Shown here one piece after another: positions 1-10,474 of a DNA stretch of 64,000 nucleotides. Source of the stretch: Candidatus Bathyarchaeota archaeon. GTDB taxonomy: Archaea; Thermoproteota; Bathyarchaeia; Bathyarchaeales; Bathycorpusculaceae. Below the pieces are notes generated by a model that had not been told where the DNA came from, did not search any database, and saw only the letters and a program-made list of their open reading frames with translations. Every line of letters starts with the position of its first letter. The stretch's first letter is position 1. The translations under genes and the position numbers were made by a program. The stretch spans positions 32,001 to 96,000 of the forward strand of contig CAVRFW010000009.1 in assembly GCA_963720565.1 (NCBI GenBank), given 5' to 3'.

Positions 1-187
1 CTTTGAGGAAACCTCCAATTTCCTCGCCACGTAACCATCTGCAAAATCCGTGCCTACCACGAATAGAAACAAACTATCCGCAACAAAAACAAACCCGTTG
101 TGAAGTGAAAGAATTAGAAAAGGCAAGACCAAAAGACGCTGGACGCTGATAACCAACGGAAAATAGCTGCTCTTCCTGTGCTTCCCA

Positions 188-766
188 CTACGTTGGGATT
201 TCTCTTCCTGCTTGCTCAGCGAGTTCTGTTGCACTCTTATTTCCTTCATTCGGCGCCATGCTAGTCAGAGCTATTTCGCCTATAATGTTACCGTTTGCAG
301 CAAGCACCAATTCCGAGACTTTTGCTTTGCTGCCCGCCGCATCTCCAGCAGCAAGACCCACCAGCACAACATCAATTCCTTCAAGGTCCCCCATTCTCTC
401 GATTTGCCGCGTTGTCGGTGAATCTGGCTCCCCACCGTAGGTTGAAAAGCAAAGTACCAGCAAGTCGTACTCCGAGGGTTCACTCGGAGCCTGAGTGCTT
501 GGTGTGGCAATCTCCACTCGCCAACCATTTGACACAAGACCTACCGTGAACGCATAGGCTACATCGTGCGCAAAAGAAGACAGACCAGGATGATACAATA
601 CAAGCGCTGTTACGCCACCTCCTGGGTTTTCAACAACTACCTCGGTGACTACATCAGTGCTGATTGCATATGCCATGTACGCCAACAAAGAGGCCGAAAC
701 TACAAACACGACCAGTAACGAAATCAACAGAATTCTCTTCCATCTTTTTCGGGGCCAAAGTTTCAA
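188..766 (-). CDS. Membrane-anchored flavodoxin-like fold protein
   Basis: Basic N-terminus and TM helix, then flavodoxin-like pattern (ALVLYHPG...YDLLVLCFSTYGGEP...VVLVGLAAG). Start moved to TTG at 766, which follows GGTG. Confidence 0.65.
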   Translation of the reverse strand: MKLWPRKRWKRILLISLLVVFVVSASLLAYMAYAISTDVVTEVVVENPGGGVTALVLYHPGLSSFAHDVAYAFTVGLVSNGWRVEIATPSTQAPSEPSEYDLLVLCFSTYGGEPDSPTTRQIERMGDLEGIDVVLVGLAAGDAAGSKAKVSELVLAANGNIIGEIALTSMAPNEGNKSATELAEQAGREIPT

Positions 767-1077
767 AGGTAAACACCAACTACTTGTTGTTCTCCAATTG
801 GCTATAAATTTTGCGAGCTCAATTCCCTGGTGCATCATTGAAGACTTATGATTTCGCTGAACTCAGAGAAATCAGAACCTCAGTATTAGCAGAATTTGGG
901 GTTTTCGAACAAGGCTCCACAAATTGTAATTTTGGGAAAGCCCGCTAGAATCTCGCTATCAAACGAATTTTAGCCTGCACTATCAAGGACGCTGGTCAAA
1001 ATGTGTGGTAGCCATAAATAACAAAGCAACAAGAGAATACTAAAATAGTAAAAAAACAATAAAATGCCGAGCAGGTT

Positions 1078-1575
1078 TTGAGTGTGAAAACAGAAAAGGA
1101 ATTTTGGCTAGTAACCATGCTTATTGTTGCAGCAGCAGTTTTTGCAGTCGTCGCATATTTTCGTTGGCTCAATTTCGGTTTCTTGCTGGGTCCATACCGT
1201 ATGAATCACTGGGTATCTTGGATAGCATCATTCTACATTGCGTTGGCAGTGCCAGTTTTTTCCGCGTTAAGACGGCGATCACCTCTCAAGACGAGGGCTC
1301 TCCTAAGAATTCATGTGTACGGCAATCTGATTGCCTTTCTACTAATATCGATTCACTTCGCAAGCCAAGTTTCCAGACAACCCATTCCCGACTTGGGAAC
1401 AGGTATAGCATTATATGTCGTCATGCTTATTCTCACTATCACAGGTTTCTTTAACAGATTTCGAATTTCAGCACTCCTTAAGCCTCAAAACAATAGGTTC
1501 CTTCATGTCAGCGTAGCGATATCCTTCTTTATCATTATAGGAATACACATTCTCCACGGCATTGGAATAATCTAG
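1078..1575 (+). CDS. Integral membrane protein, cytochrome b / ferric-reductase-like TM domain
   Basis: About 5 TM helices with two His pairs 14 residues apart (RIHVYG..SIHFA; FLHVSV..GIHILH), typical of bis-His diheme ligation. Confidence 0.55.
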   Translation: MSVKTEKEFWLVTMLIVAAAVFAVVAYFRWLNFGFLLGPYRMNHWVSWIASFYIALAVPVFSALRRRSPLKTRALLRIHVYGNLIAFLLISIHFASQVSRQPIPDLGTGIALYVVMLILTITGFFNRFRISALLKPQNNRFLHVSVAISFFIIIGIHILHGIGII

Positions 1576-1688
1576 CGCTGAGTCTATTTCCTTCTCTTTC
1601 TTTGCGCTTCAGATCTGCATTACTAGCAATCGATAAAAATTGGAGAGTTATAAAAGACTGATCACTGAAAATACCGGCTGATCAGTGC

Positions 1689-2318
1689 ATGTCAATAATC
1701 GGTTTAGATCTGGCAGGATCCGAAACTCGACCCACAGGTTTCTGCCTCCTTTCTGGCATGAAAGCAGAAACAACTATGCTATACACTAACGACGAGGTCC
1801 TCAGAAAAACACAGGAAAACAACCCACGAGTAATCGCCATTGACGCCCCCTTGAGCCTTCCAGCAGGAAGAAAATCATTGGATGATAGACAAGGTGATCA
1901 TCTCAGAGAAAGCGAACGAGAACTTCTAAAACATGGCATAAAGCTTTTTCCTGTTACGCTTGGACCGATGAGAAAACTCGCCAAACGAGGAATCTACATC
2001 AGAGGCATCTTCGAAAGCAAACATTACACTGTAATAGAAGCTTACCCTGGAGGCGCGCAAGACATCCTGCGGATTCCCAGAAAAAAGTATGGTACCGACA
2101 AGTTGAAGGCTGGCTTGGAGCGGCTTGGAATTGAAGGGTTGAAGGATGGGCTTAGTGATCACGAGCTAGACGCCGCAACTTGCGCTTTCGTTGGGAAACT
2201 CTTCTTGGAAGGCAAAAGCATAACCTACGGAGCACCCGGACAGGGCATCGTAATGCCAAAAGGGGAAAAAGCAGTATCAAACCAAATCAAGAGGAAACAT
2301 ACTTGCAGACAGAGGTAG
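1689..2318 (+). CDS. DUF429 family predicted nuclease (RNase H-like fold)
   Basis: IIGLDLAG, IAIDAPLSLP, IEAYP and HELDA motifs. Confidence 0.8.
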   Translation: MSIIGLDLAGSETRPTGFCLLSGMKAETTMLYTNDEVLRKTQENNPRVIAIDAPLSLPAGRKSLDDRQGDHLRESERELLKHGIKLFPVTLGPMRKLAKRGIYIRGIFESKHYTVIEAYPGGAQDILRIPRKKYGTDKLKAGLERLGIEGLKDGLSDHELDAATCAFVGKLFLEGKSITYGAPGQGIVMPKGEKAVSNQIKRKHTCRQR

Positions 2319-2333
2319 TCTTCAAACTGAAAG

Positions 2334-3041
2334 TTAGCTTAGCTTAAAATAGATGCGTCTGTTGTTCTTGCCTTTATTCTCTGTTTTGACAAGCTCGACC
2401 TTTCCTATCTCACGCAGGTTTCTAATATGGGTTCCACCGTCAGCTTGCTTGTCTAACCCAACGATTTCAACAATTCTCAGAACTGGCAGGTTAGGGGGAA
2501 ACGCCTCAGCCATCTTAACCACGCCGGGAATTTTCAAGGCTTCTTCCCGAGGCAACTCGTACCATCTCACCTCGATATCCTCTTCGAACAACTCATTCGC
2601 CCTAACAAGATACTCTTCCAGGATTGTTCTGTCAAACTTTTCGAGGCTGAAATCGAAGCGCACGTGGTCTTCTTCAAGCTGATTGCCCGTTATGAGCGCT
2701 CCCGTGCCCTTGTTTAGTAGAGCCGCAAGAACATGAGCAGCGGTGTGACTGCGCATAAGCTTGTATCTTCTTTCCCAGTTCAAGACGCAGCAGACATCGT
2801 CGCCAGGCTGCAAGCCAACATGGTCAACTTCATGGCTAATTTCGCCTGAGAACTTTCCAACATAAACCACATTGAAAACCTCGCCCTGTCTGATTATCCT
2901 GCCAGTATCATGCGGTTGACCTCCGCCTTTGGCATAGAAAATCGTCTTATCCAAAGTCACGTATTTTCCGTCTTTGACAGAAATCACAGTCGCGCGCACT
3001 TCCTTCAGGTAACTATCAACCAAGAACAACTCTTTGAGCAT
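2334..3041 (-). CDS. alaXM: Alanyl-tRNA editing protein AlaX-M
   Basis: FYAKGGGQPHDTG, HTAAH and DGGTH Zn-editing motifs; 235 aa. Confidence 0.92.
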   Translation of the reverse strand: MLKELFLVDSYLKEVRATVISVKDGKYVTLDKTIFYAKGGGQPHDTGRIIRQGEVFNVVYVGKFSGEISHEVDHVGLQPGDDVCCVLNWERRYKLMRSHTAAHVLAALLNKGTGALITGNQLEEDHVRFDFSLEKFDRTILEEYLVRANELFEEDIEVRWYELPREEALKIPGVVKMAEAFPPNLPVLRIVEIVGLDKQADGGTHIRNLREIGKVELVKTENKGKNNRRIYFKLS

Positions 3042-3168
3042 GATGTATCCCGCTAAGATTGTAAGTATTCATTCGCTGAAAACTCTATATCAACTTTTGC
3101 GTCTGCATTCCATGCCTAAATTGACAGTCGATCCAGAAAGGCGACCTCTGCAGAACTCGTGTCAGATG

Positions 3169-4092
3169 TCAATTCCTCAAAGTTGCGTTTCTTTTCCTAA
3201 ACAAAACGATTGCGATAAGTATGATTACAATAAAAAGAACGGCTGCAACTACTATTTCAACCGGCATTTTTGCAGTTGAGACTGGAGGAACCGCAACACT
3301 TTCCATTAGGGGATACCGGTCTCGGTTTTGAACGTCGATTATGTATGGTGTGTCACCAATTCCGTCGTCATCGGCATCTGTACCGTTATAGTTGCTCCAG
3401 TAGTTGCCTTGCTCGCCATAATCCCAATTGTGTATCGGTTCACTCGGGTTGTACTCCTCGCAGAAACAACCGCTGAAATGGACAACGTTGTCTATGAAAC
3501 TGTTACGCGAAAGAATTATGCTAAGAGGTGTATTTCCGGGCGTGTTGACACCGAAAAAAACACCTTCCTCATTACGAGCTACATGATTCTCGAGGATAGT
3601 GTTGAAGTCTCCTGAGAGCAATATTCCCACTATGTTATCTGACACCGAACATCCTGCAACCGTGTTGTTCGCCGTCCAAATGTACATGCCAATGTAGAAA
3701 TTTCTGATGTTCAAGTTCTTAATTGTCAAGTTATGCCTGTTTTCATTCGCTAAGTCTATTCCTATCGTCCAAGGTACTGCCGTTTCATTGAATTCTTGGT
3801 ATGGTCCATCCCCCACTACCCATTGGTCTGTCCTTGTTCCGTTGTAGGTTCCTTGAAGAGCGTAGCCAGCACCGTCAATTACGATGTTATCTTTGTCTAC
3901 AACAATCTGGGCGCAAAGGTTGTCGGTAAACTTGTATACATCACCGTTGCGCTGTATCGGTACGTTGGAAGGCTCGATGCTGCCGTCGGATAGAATGCGA
4001 ACTGTCATTAAAGACAATGAAGGACTCGCATTTGCCCCAATCAAAAACGCGGAAAGAAACAATAGCGTCAAAGTAGTTGTCAGGATCTTCAT
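3169..4092 (-). CDS. Secreted NosD/CASH parallel beta-helix protein with C-terminal membrane anchor
   Basis: Signal peptide, NIVIDGAGY, beta-helix repeats, GNYWSNYNGTDADDDGIGDTPY, C-terminal TM and basic tail. Confidence 0.85.
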   Translation of the reverse strand: MKILTTTLTLLFLSAFLIGANASPSLSLMTVRILSDGSIEPSNVPIQRNGDVYKFTDNLCAQIVVDKDNIVIDGAGYALQGTYNGTRTDQWVVGDGPYQEFNETAVPWTIGIDLANENRHNLTIKNLNIRNFYIGMYIWTANNTVAGCSVSDNIVGILLSGDFNTILENHVARNEEGVFFGVNTPGNTPLSIILSRNSFIDNVVHFSGCFCEEYNPSEPIHNWDYGEQGNYWSNYNGTDADDDGIGDTPYIIDVQNRDRYPLMESVAVPPVSTAKMPVEIVVAAVLFIVIILIAIVLFRKRNATLRN

Positions 4093-5720
4093 GCCTTTTC
4101 CGCCGTGTTGTTTTTGTTTTCTGTTTCTTGTACTAGCCAGTTTCGCGATTTGAACACCGTTTTTCCAGCTACTTTCACTCTTAGAGTATCTTCATACGGG
4201 CACATTTCGACGCAACGCATGCAAAGCAGACACTCAGAAGTGGTCACGTCGCCGCCCTTTTTCTCGTAAACTTCGGTTACTTGAGTGGGACAGACTCTCT
4301 TGCAGACACCACATTTGGTGCATTTCTCCTCCACCTTATCCAGTCGGATACCGGCAAATCGTTTGAACGGTGGAAAACGATTGAATAGGGCAATCAAAGC
4401 GCCCATGGGGCAGATTCTGCACCAGGCACGTCGGAAGAAGAAAGCTGTTACCGTCACCAAGCCCAACACAAACAGGTTCAGCGATGTCAAGTAGAAACCC
4501 ACCTCGTAGAAACTGCCCGTTGTCGCCTCCGTAAGCCACTCTGGTCTCATAAGCCCCACAGAAGTCTGCAGCATCACGCATAATGGCTTCATCGGACAGA
4601 CTTGACAGAAAGGGGCTGCAAAATAGGTATAGATGAAACCGCCTTTTTCTGTTCCAGGAACGAGCTGGGCGTCAGCTATAGCTTGCAAGCCAAAGATGGC
4701 ACTCAAAACTATGATGAGGGCTAGAATAACGTAGCCAAGCTGATGGAACTTCTTGTTGAAATGGTCAGACAGACTCCGGTGTTCTATCTTCAACGCCTTT
4801 CTGAGACGCGTGATTAAGTCCATGTACAAGCCGAATGGGCATATCCACCCGCAGAAGAACTTCCCCACAAGCATAGATAGCAGGATTACGGATCCCAAAA
4901 CAACTGCTAATCTCATCAAGCCCGAAGAGACGTAGTCTACTCCCCAGCCGCGCCCAGCATCCCAGAATGGATACAAGTACACTTGAAGCTCCCAAAGCGC
5001 GCAAGTCACAGTTTTCCCGCAGGGATAATAGCAGCCAAGAAACGGAACTGGAAAACCGTCAGGCATCGATATGCCCAACACGTTTGTCGCAATCAAGTAT
5101 TCATGCGGGGTAATCTGTTCAGCAGGCACCGGCACGACTCGGTGATCGATAAACATCCCAAAGAAAATGAGAAACACCAAACCTATCTGAACAAGCAGCC
5201 GCAAAGAACTGACGCTTCTTGTCTTATTCTTCCTGCCCGTAGCTATCGCTACCACTCCAACGCCCATCGAGATTGCAGCTGCAGATATCAGAGAATAATT
5301 AGGCTTGTAAGGAGGCAACGAAGGCATCGGCAGCGGAGCTAACGGATCAGCAGGATTAGTCACGTTCGCGTACAGCCTGTCACATATGTGACCATAGATC
5401 GGAAAAATATTCCAGTATCCAGCCATGTCCAAGGTCTGAGTAACCGAGAACTCACCCGTCTCAGCATCAGCAACGACAAACTGATCTATCCAAGTGTAAT
5501 CCGGCCGGGTAAACGTCACTCTTACCGTCACGTTCGGTTCTACTGGGCAGATTTGACCCGTCACGGTAACGTTTTCGTTTATGTTAACTTCCGTTTCACT
5601 TATTTCTGCAGTAATGTGTGGGCCGTAACAGCCAGTGGCAAGCGAAAAATCGTAGACACTAACAATATATAGAGATAATGTGATTGCGAGAGCAAAGCAG
5701 AGAACAGTTCGCTGTTTCAT
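4089..5720 (-). CDS. NapH/NosH/MauN-like membrane polyferredoxin with N-terminal extracellular domain
   Basis: FCGWICPFG, FCQVCP and WCRICPMG motifs plus two C-terminal CxxCxxCxxxCP; signal peptide from MKQRTV (5720). Confidence 0.85.
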   Translation of the reverse strand: MKQRTVLCFALAITLSLYIVSVYDFSLATGCYGPHITAEISETEVNINENVTVTGQICPVEPNVTVRVTFTRPDYTWIDQFVVADAETGEFSVTQTLDMAGYWNIFPIYGHICDRLYANVTNPADPLAPLPMPSLPPYKPNYSLISAAAISMGVGVVAIATGRKNKTRSVSSLRLLVQIGLVFLIFFGMFIDHRVVPVPAEQITPHEYLIATNVLGISMPDGFPVPFLGCYYPCGKTVTCALWELQVYLYPFWDAGRGWGVDYVSSGLMRLAVVLGSVILLSMLVGKFFCGWICPFGLYMDLITRLRKALKIEHRSLSDHFNKKFHQLGYVILALIIVLSAIFGLQAIADAQLVPGTEKGGFIYTYFAAPFCQVCPMKPLCVMLQTSVGLMRPEWLTEATTGSFYEVGFYLTSLNLFVLGLVTVTAFFFRRAWCRICPMGALIALFNRFPPFKRFAGIRLDKVEEKCTKCGVCKRVCPTQVTEVYEKKGGDVTTSECLLCMRCVEMCPYEDTLRVKVAGKTVFKSRNWLVQETENKNNTAEKA

Positions 5721-5941
5721 ACCTACCCTCACTATTGCATGTATAGTTTTGCCATGTTCATATAAGTTATGCATTCTCCATCCAATCACTGGTATTTACA
5801 TTTCATGCAGATTAGAAAAGAGACGATAAAAGGAAGAGCGTCTAGCTAAGTCTATGTCGACTTTCTCTTTCTATTGTCCGCCCGTTTGCCTTTGCTTCTC
5901 GAACGGCAGAATTTTCTGCTGGAATAATGAGATTGTGCTGT

Positions 5942-6691
5942 TTAGGCGCGCATTCGTTTGAAAGCTTGGATTCCGATGATGTTTGCAATTAAAGTGAAGC
6001 TGACTATGATGATTATGTTTTGAAGGGTTCCAAAATACTGCAATCCAATTAGTATGCTCCTTAACACGTCTACAATGTAGGTTAAGGGGTTAATACCGCT
6101 CAACGTTGCAAGGTAGATGTTCAAATCTCCAAGTGGGTACAAGGCACCAGACAAGAAGAAAAGCGGAAATATTACAAAGGTGGTTATCAACTGGAAACCT
6201 TCTGGAGAAGTCATGAAACTGCCTATTGTGAGGCCGACAGCGGTTAAACCTGCCGCAGCAACGGCCACCATCAACAAAGTCAAAAAGACAGATAAAACTG
6301 TATAGTGTATGCCAATTACCACACCGAAGACAAGGATTATCACGGCTTCTACAAGAGAAAAGGTCACTCCCCCTAACACCTTGCCCAGGAAAATTGAGGA
6401 TCTACTCAAAGGGGTTACGAGTATCGCTTTTAGCAGATCGATTCTCCTATCCCAGACTAAGTAAGCGCCGTAGAAAATGGATGAAAACAAAAACGTCTGC
6501 ATGAGTATCCCTGCGAAAATGTATTGCGAATAGTTCTCCACACCTGGAATAATAACCGAAGACCCTAAACCACCACCGAAGGCCAATAGCCAGAGTATAG
6601 GATTGGCAACGGCAGACACAATTCTAGGTTTTTCCCTGAAAAACGTGAGCATCTCTCTTTGCCAAATAGCATACACACCTGCCCAATTCAT
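5942..6691 (-). CDS. ABC-2 type exporter permease (DrrB-like)
   Basis: Six TM helices, FFLSGALYP and NPLTY motifs; overlaps the ATPase gene. Confidence 0.9.
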   Translation of the reverse strand: MNWAGVYAIWQREMLTFFREKPRIVSAVANPILWLLAFGGGLGSSVIIPGVENYSQYIFAGILMQTFLFSSIFYGAYLVWDRRIDLLKAILVTPLSRSSIFLGKVLGGVTFSLVEAVIILVFGVVIGIHYTVLSVFLTLLMVAVAAAGLTAVGLTIGSFMTSPEGFQLITTFVIFPLFFLSGALYPLGDLNIYLATLSGINPLTYIVDVLRSILIGLQYFGTLQNIIIIVSFTLIANIIGIQAFKRMRA

Positions 6692-7659
6692 GCTTTCTCC
6701 ACGCTCTCTTGAACTATCTTCTCAAACCATCCACTCTCGCCTTCATCTCCAATAGTTCTGCCAACCCAGCGCAGAAAAACATCATTCAGAGTCGTGGTCC
6801 TCACTTCCACGGACTCAATCTTGCCAACGACTTTCAGAATCAGCTGCAGATTCTCTCCAACATCTTCAACCGAAATCTTTGTTTCCGAACCGTCCTGTTT
6901 GATGTTTCTCACAAAACCTAGTTTTCGCAGCTCATCCACACGTGAAGTTTCAACTCCCCTAATTGTCACAAGATCCCCTCCCAAAGACTTCTTCAGTGCC
7001 CTCGGTGAATCTAGAACGACGATTTTACCTCGGTCAATTATTCCAATGCGGTTCGCAAGAGAATCCGCCTCTTCCATGTAGTGCGTCGTCAGCAGCACCG
7101 TCATCTTCAACTCTTTCACGAGGCGGATTATGTAGTTCCACATTTTCTCCCTACCTCGCGGATCCAATCCCAAGGTTGGCTCATCAAGAAACAGCACCTT
7201 AGGCTTGTGGATGAGGCTTCTCGCGATCTCCAACCTTCTCCTCATTCCACCAGAATAATGCTTCACAAGATCATCTTTCCTATCTGAGAGCTCAACGAGT
7301 TCAAGCGCCTCCTCAATTCCTATGCTAATCTGCGCTTTAGGTATGCCATACATCATAGCGTACAGCTTGATGTTCTCGTAGCCCGTTAAGAGCTCGTCGC
7401 TGCTGGGCTCCTGAAAAATTATCCCAATAGACTCTCTAACCTTCTCTGGTTGCGCTAAAACATCAAAGCCATTCACCTTTGCAGTGCCCGACGTGGGTTC
7501 CAACAACGTGGCAAGCATCTTAATTATCGTTGTCTTGCCAGCGCCATTCGGCCCTAGAAGGCCGAAGACTTCACCTTCGTCAATGCTAATGTTGAGGTTT
7601 TCAACCGCGGTCAACTTTCCGTACTTTTTAGTCAGGTTGAAGGTTTCAACGACAGGCAT
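6688..7659 (-). CDS. ABC exporter ATP-binding protein (DrrA-like)
   Basis: GPNGAGKTT, YSGGMRRR, LFLDEPT, TTHYMEEA. Confidence 0.93.
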   Translation of the reverse strand: MPVVETFNLTKKYGKLTAVENLNISIDEGEVFGLLGPNGAGKTTIIKMLATLLEPTSGTAKVNGFDVLAQPEKVRESIGIIFQEPSSDELLTGYENIKLYAMMYGIPKAQISIGIEEALELVELSDRKDDLVKHYSGGMRRRLEIARSLIHKPKVLFLDEPTLGLDPRGREKMWNYIIRLVKELKMTVLLTTHYMEEADSLANRIGIIDRGKIVVLDSPRALKKSLGGDLVTIRGVETSRVDELRKLGFVRNIKQDGSETKISVEDVGENLQLILKVVGKIESVEVRTTTLNDVFLRWVGRTIGDEGESGWFEKIVQESVEKA

Positions 7660-7823
7660 GACTATGAAAATAAAACATGCCTTTAAAAAACGTATGTGCT
7701 CGTATTTTCAAAGAATTGTAACAGGCAACCGCTACCCTGGACTATGGCAAATCTGCCAGACTGAGGAATTGCAAAGACTTTTGACAAATATTCATATTAA
7801 AGGGAGAAGCCCCAGATTGCATA

Positions 7824-8726
7824 ATGAAACATACGCACAGACCGAAACAAGATTCAATTTCAAACATGCATGAATACAGAGGTGTCTCCAAAAATAGGCT
7901 TGTTCTTGCCATGTTAGTAACTGGGTCTGTAATGGTCATCGAGGTTTTGGGAAGCCTCATAACAGGTAGCTTAGCCCTAGGCAGCGATGCTAGTCACATG
8001 TTCACCCACCTTTTCGCCCTGGCAATCAGCTTTGCGGCAGTAATCATAGCCTGCAAGGAGCCTTGCCATCATAGAACATACGGTTTCTATCGAGCAGAAA
8101 TCCTCGCAGCACTTTTCAACAGCATTTTTCTTTTCGTCGTTACAGCCTACATTTTCCTACAAGGAATAGAACGTTTACTCCATCCTCAACCAGTACTAGG
8201 CTTGGACATGCTTATCGTTGCACTGTTTGGTTTGGCTGCAAACGGGTTAAGCATACTTATTCTAAGAGGAAGCGTAAGAACTGACCTAAACGTCAAAGGC
8301 GCTTTTCTTCATATGTTCGCCGACGCAGTCTCCTCAGTGGTTATAATACTTGGGGCAATTGCGGTTTCCTTAACAAATTGGTACATCATCGACCCACTCC
8401 TGGCAATAGGCATTTCCATTCTAATCCTATCTTGGGCTTGGGGCCTGTTCAAAGACTCTGTTAACATCCTACTGGAAACTGCGCCAAAGGGTATGAACAT
8501 CAACGAAATAAGTCATGAACTGAAGAAAGCGCTGCCTGAAATTGAAGAGATTACTGATATGCACGTTTGGGAGATTACTTCCAACATGTATTCTTTAACA
8601 GCACATGTCAGCATTAATGCAAGCGACTACAGAAAGAGCCGGGAAGTTCTGGACAAAATAAATGATTTGCTGAGCCAGAAATACAGCATCGAACACACAA
8701 CAATCCAGTTTGAGCTCATGAACTAA
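7824..8726 (+). CDS. Cation diffusion facilitator (CzcD/ZitB-like)
   Basis: SLALGSDASHM, TYGFYRAEIL, FLHMFAD, MHVWEIT, HTTIQFE. Confidence 0.9.
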   Translation: MKHTHRPKQDSISNMHEYRGVSKNRLVLAMLVTGSVMVIEVLGSLITGSLALGSDASHMFTHLFALAISFAAVIIACKEPCHHRTYGFYRAEILAALFNSIFLFVVTAYIFLQGIERLLHPQPVLGLDMLIVALFGLAANGLSILILRGSVRTDLNVKGAFLHMFADAVSSVVIILGAIAVSLTNWYIIDPLLAIGISILILSWAWGLFKDSVNILLETAPKGMNINEISHELKKALPEIEEITDMHVWEITSNMYSLTAHVSINASDYRKSREVLDKINDLLSQKYSIEHTTIQFELMN

Positions 8727-8871
8727 AAAACAAACTACCCTTCCTATCCTATGCCAAGTGTTTTCGTGCTGACTCAAGAGAATTCAGAGATTAGTTTCAC
8801 TACTGGTAGGTACTCTTTATGTAATGCGGTAACCCTGAACCCTTCTGATCGCTAGTGGCGGTGCAACGAAA

Positions 8872-9138
8872 ATGATTCAAATTTCCCCCTTCGTAATTCT
8901 GCTCGCAGTCGTCAACATAGGTTCACTTATGTTCTTCGGATTCGATAAGCTAAAGAGTAAGAGTGGAGGCTGGAGGATTCCGGAATCAAGACTTCTTCTA
9001 GTAGCCCTCGTAGGACCTTTCGGCGCGTACATCGGTATGCTGCTCTTCAGACACAAGACTCGCAAGACCAAGTTCCTTCTCGTCCCGCTTTTCGTGTTCA
9101 TACAAATAGGGTTGATAGTATATTTACGCCTCATATAG
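8872..9138 (+). CDS. DUF1294 family small membrane protein
   Basis: DKLKSKSGGWRIPE...FRHKTRK signature. Confidence 0.85.
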   Translation: MIQISPFVILLAVVNIGSLMFFGFDKLKSKSGGWRIPESRLLLVALVGPFGAYIGMLLFRHKTRKTKFLLVPLFVFIQIGLIVYLRLI

Positions 9139-9436
9139 CTTCATGCGCACAATGCTGAAATCTTTCCAGCCCCAAAACCGCCGGAAAATCCTCTGCCTCC
9201 GAAAACTTTGATTTTCAATTGAATTCCGACTGTAAAGATCCCCATTAATGATGAAAACAAATCGAATCCAAACGGTCTCTTTAATTCAAGCCCTTTCTTC
9301 AGAGCTTCCATTCCGTCACGACATCAGGCACTGAGCCCTCGCAATAGTGTTATGTATGACGTGCTCTTCCAGCAACAAGCTTAAATTTTCCAACATTCTT
9401 ATTTCAAACTACAATATTTGACATGGAGATACTGTT

Positions 9437-10336
9437 ATGAATCTGCTTTATCGAGGAAAAACAAAAGATGTTTTCACCAGACCGGACGGGAATCTAGAAT
9501 TTCACTTCAAAGACGATGCCACAGGCTACATGGCGGACGGGAAACCAGTGTTTAATTCTGGTTACGATCAAGTTGTTGGGCAAATTCCTGGGAAGGGAAA
9601 GATTTCATGCAAGTTTACGGAGTATTTTTTTGACTTGTTTCGAGAAAAAGGAATTCCCACAGATTTTGTAGAAATGGGATCCGAGCCAAACGTTATGGTT
9701 GTGAAACCAGCCAAACTCTTAGGCTTAGCAAACCAGGCAAAAGACTTCAAAGGTTCAGACGAAATATACGGTCTTGAAACCGTTTTCAGAAACGAAGTTA
9801 TGGGAAGCTGGTGGAGAAGATACCCATCTCAAACTCCTGGAAACAAACTGGAAGTCGTGGAATTCTACGCAAAAGGGAAAGCAGGCGAACCAGACATTCT
9901 GATGGTTGACGACGCTCTGGTTCAACTGGGAATGATGAATCAAAAGGAAATGGAAACAACAAAAAGTAGGACAAAACAAATCGGCAAAATACTGTATGAA
10001 GAATTCCTGAGAAGAGGTTTTCACATGGTCGATGGAAAAATGGAATGGGGAAGAGACGTAAAAACAGGCGAAATAATCCTGATTGATGACTTGTCGCCTG
10101 ACACTTTCCGCGTCTGTGAAGGCTACAACCTTGACAAAAACGGAAACTGCCAAGTAAACAAACAGTGCATAATGACTGACTACCGCCAAACATCAAGATT
10201 TGTGCGATGCTCAAACTGCAACGAATTCGTGGAAGTCCCAGGAGACTTCAAAAGATTCATAGAAGCCAAAAACATCTTAAGCGCTGATCCAGCAGGCTTA
10301 AAGAAATTGGCAGAGGCCTTCAAGCTAAAGCTCTGA
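9437..10336 (+). CDS. purC: SAICAR synthase with Cys-containing C-terminal extension
   Basis: LLYRGKTKDV, FHFKDDAT, IPGKG, DGKMEWG, LIDDLSPDTFR. Confidence 0.85.
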   Translation: MNLLYRGKTKDVFTRPDGNLEFHFKDDATGYMADGKPVFNSGYDQVVGQIPGKGKISCKFTEYFFDLFREKGIPTDFVEMGSEPNVMVVKPAKLLGLANQAKDFKGSDEIYGLETVFRNEVMGSWWRRYPSQTPGNKLEVVEFYAKGKAGEPDILMVDDALVQLGMMNQKEMETTKSRTKQIGKILYEEFLRRGFHMVDGKMEWGRDVKTGEIILIDDLSPDTFRVCEGYNLDKNGNCQVNKQCIMTDYRQTSRFVRCSNCNEFVEVPGDFKRFIEAKNILSADPAGLKKLAEAFKLKL

Positions 10337-10474
10337 CACAAAAAACTCAAATGCCGAAGACTGGTTGTAGACGCCATCCTCATTTATACACTTTAAAGTA
10401 AATCCTGTTCAGCTAAGGTAAAATAACTGTAAAAATGTGCATGTGGACCGAATTTGGCCCAAGATTGCAGGTGA

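Noticed and set aside
1689..2318. DUF429 nuclease as part of a defence island or transposon
   Set aside because: No neighbouring defence genes, terminal repeats or integrase; context is housekeeping.
9140..9436. Possible purine/ZTP riboswitch upstream of purC
   Set aside because: No recognisable consensus or convincing stems by eye; a covariance-model search would be needed.
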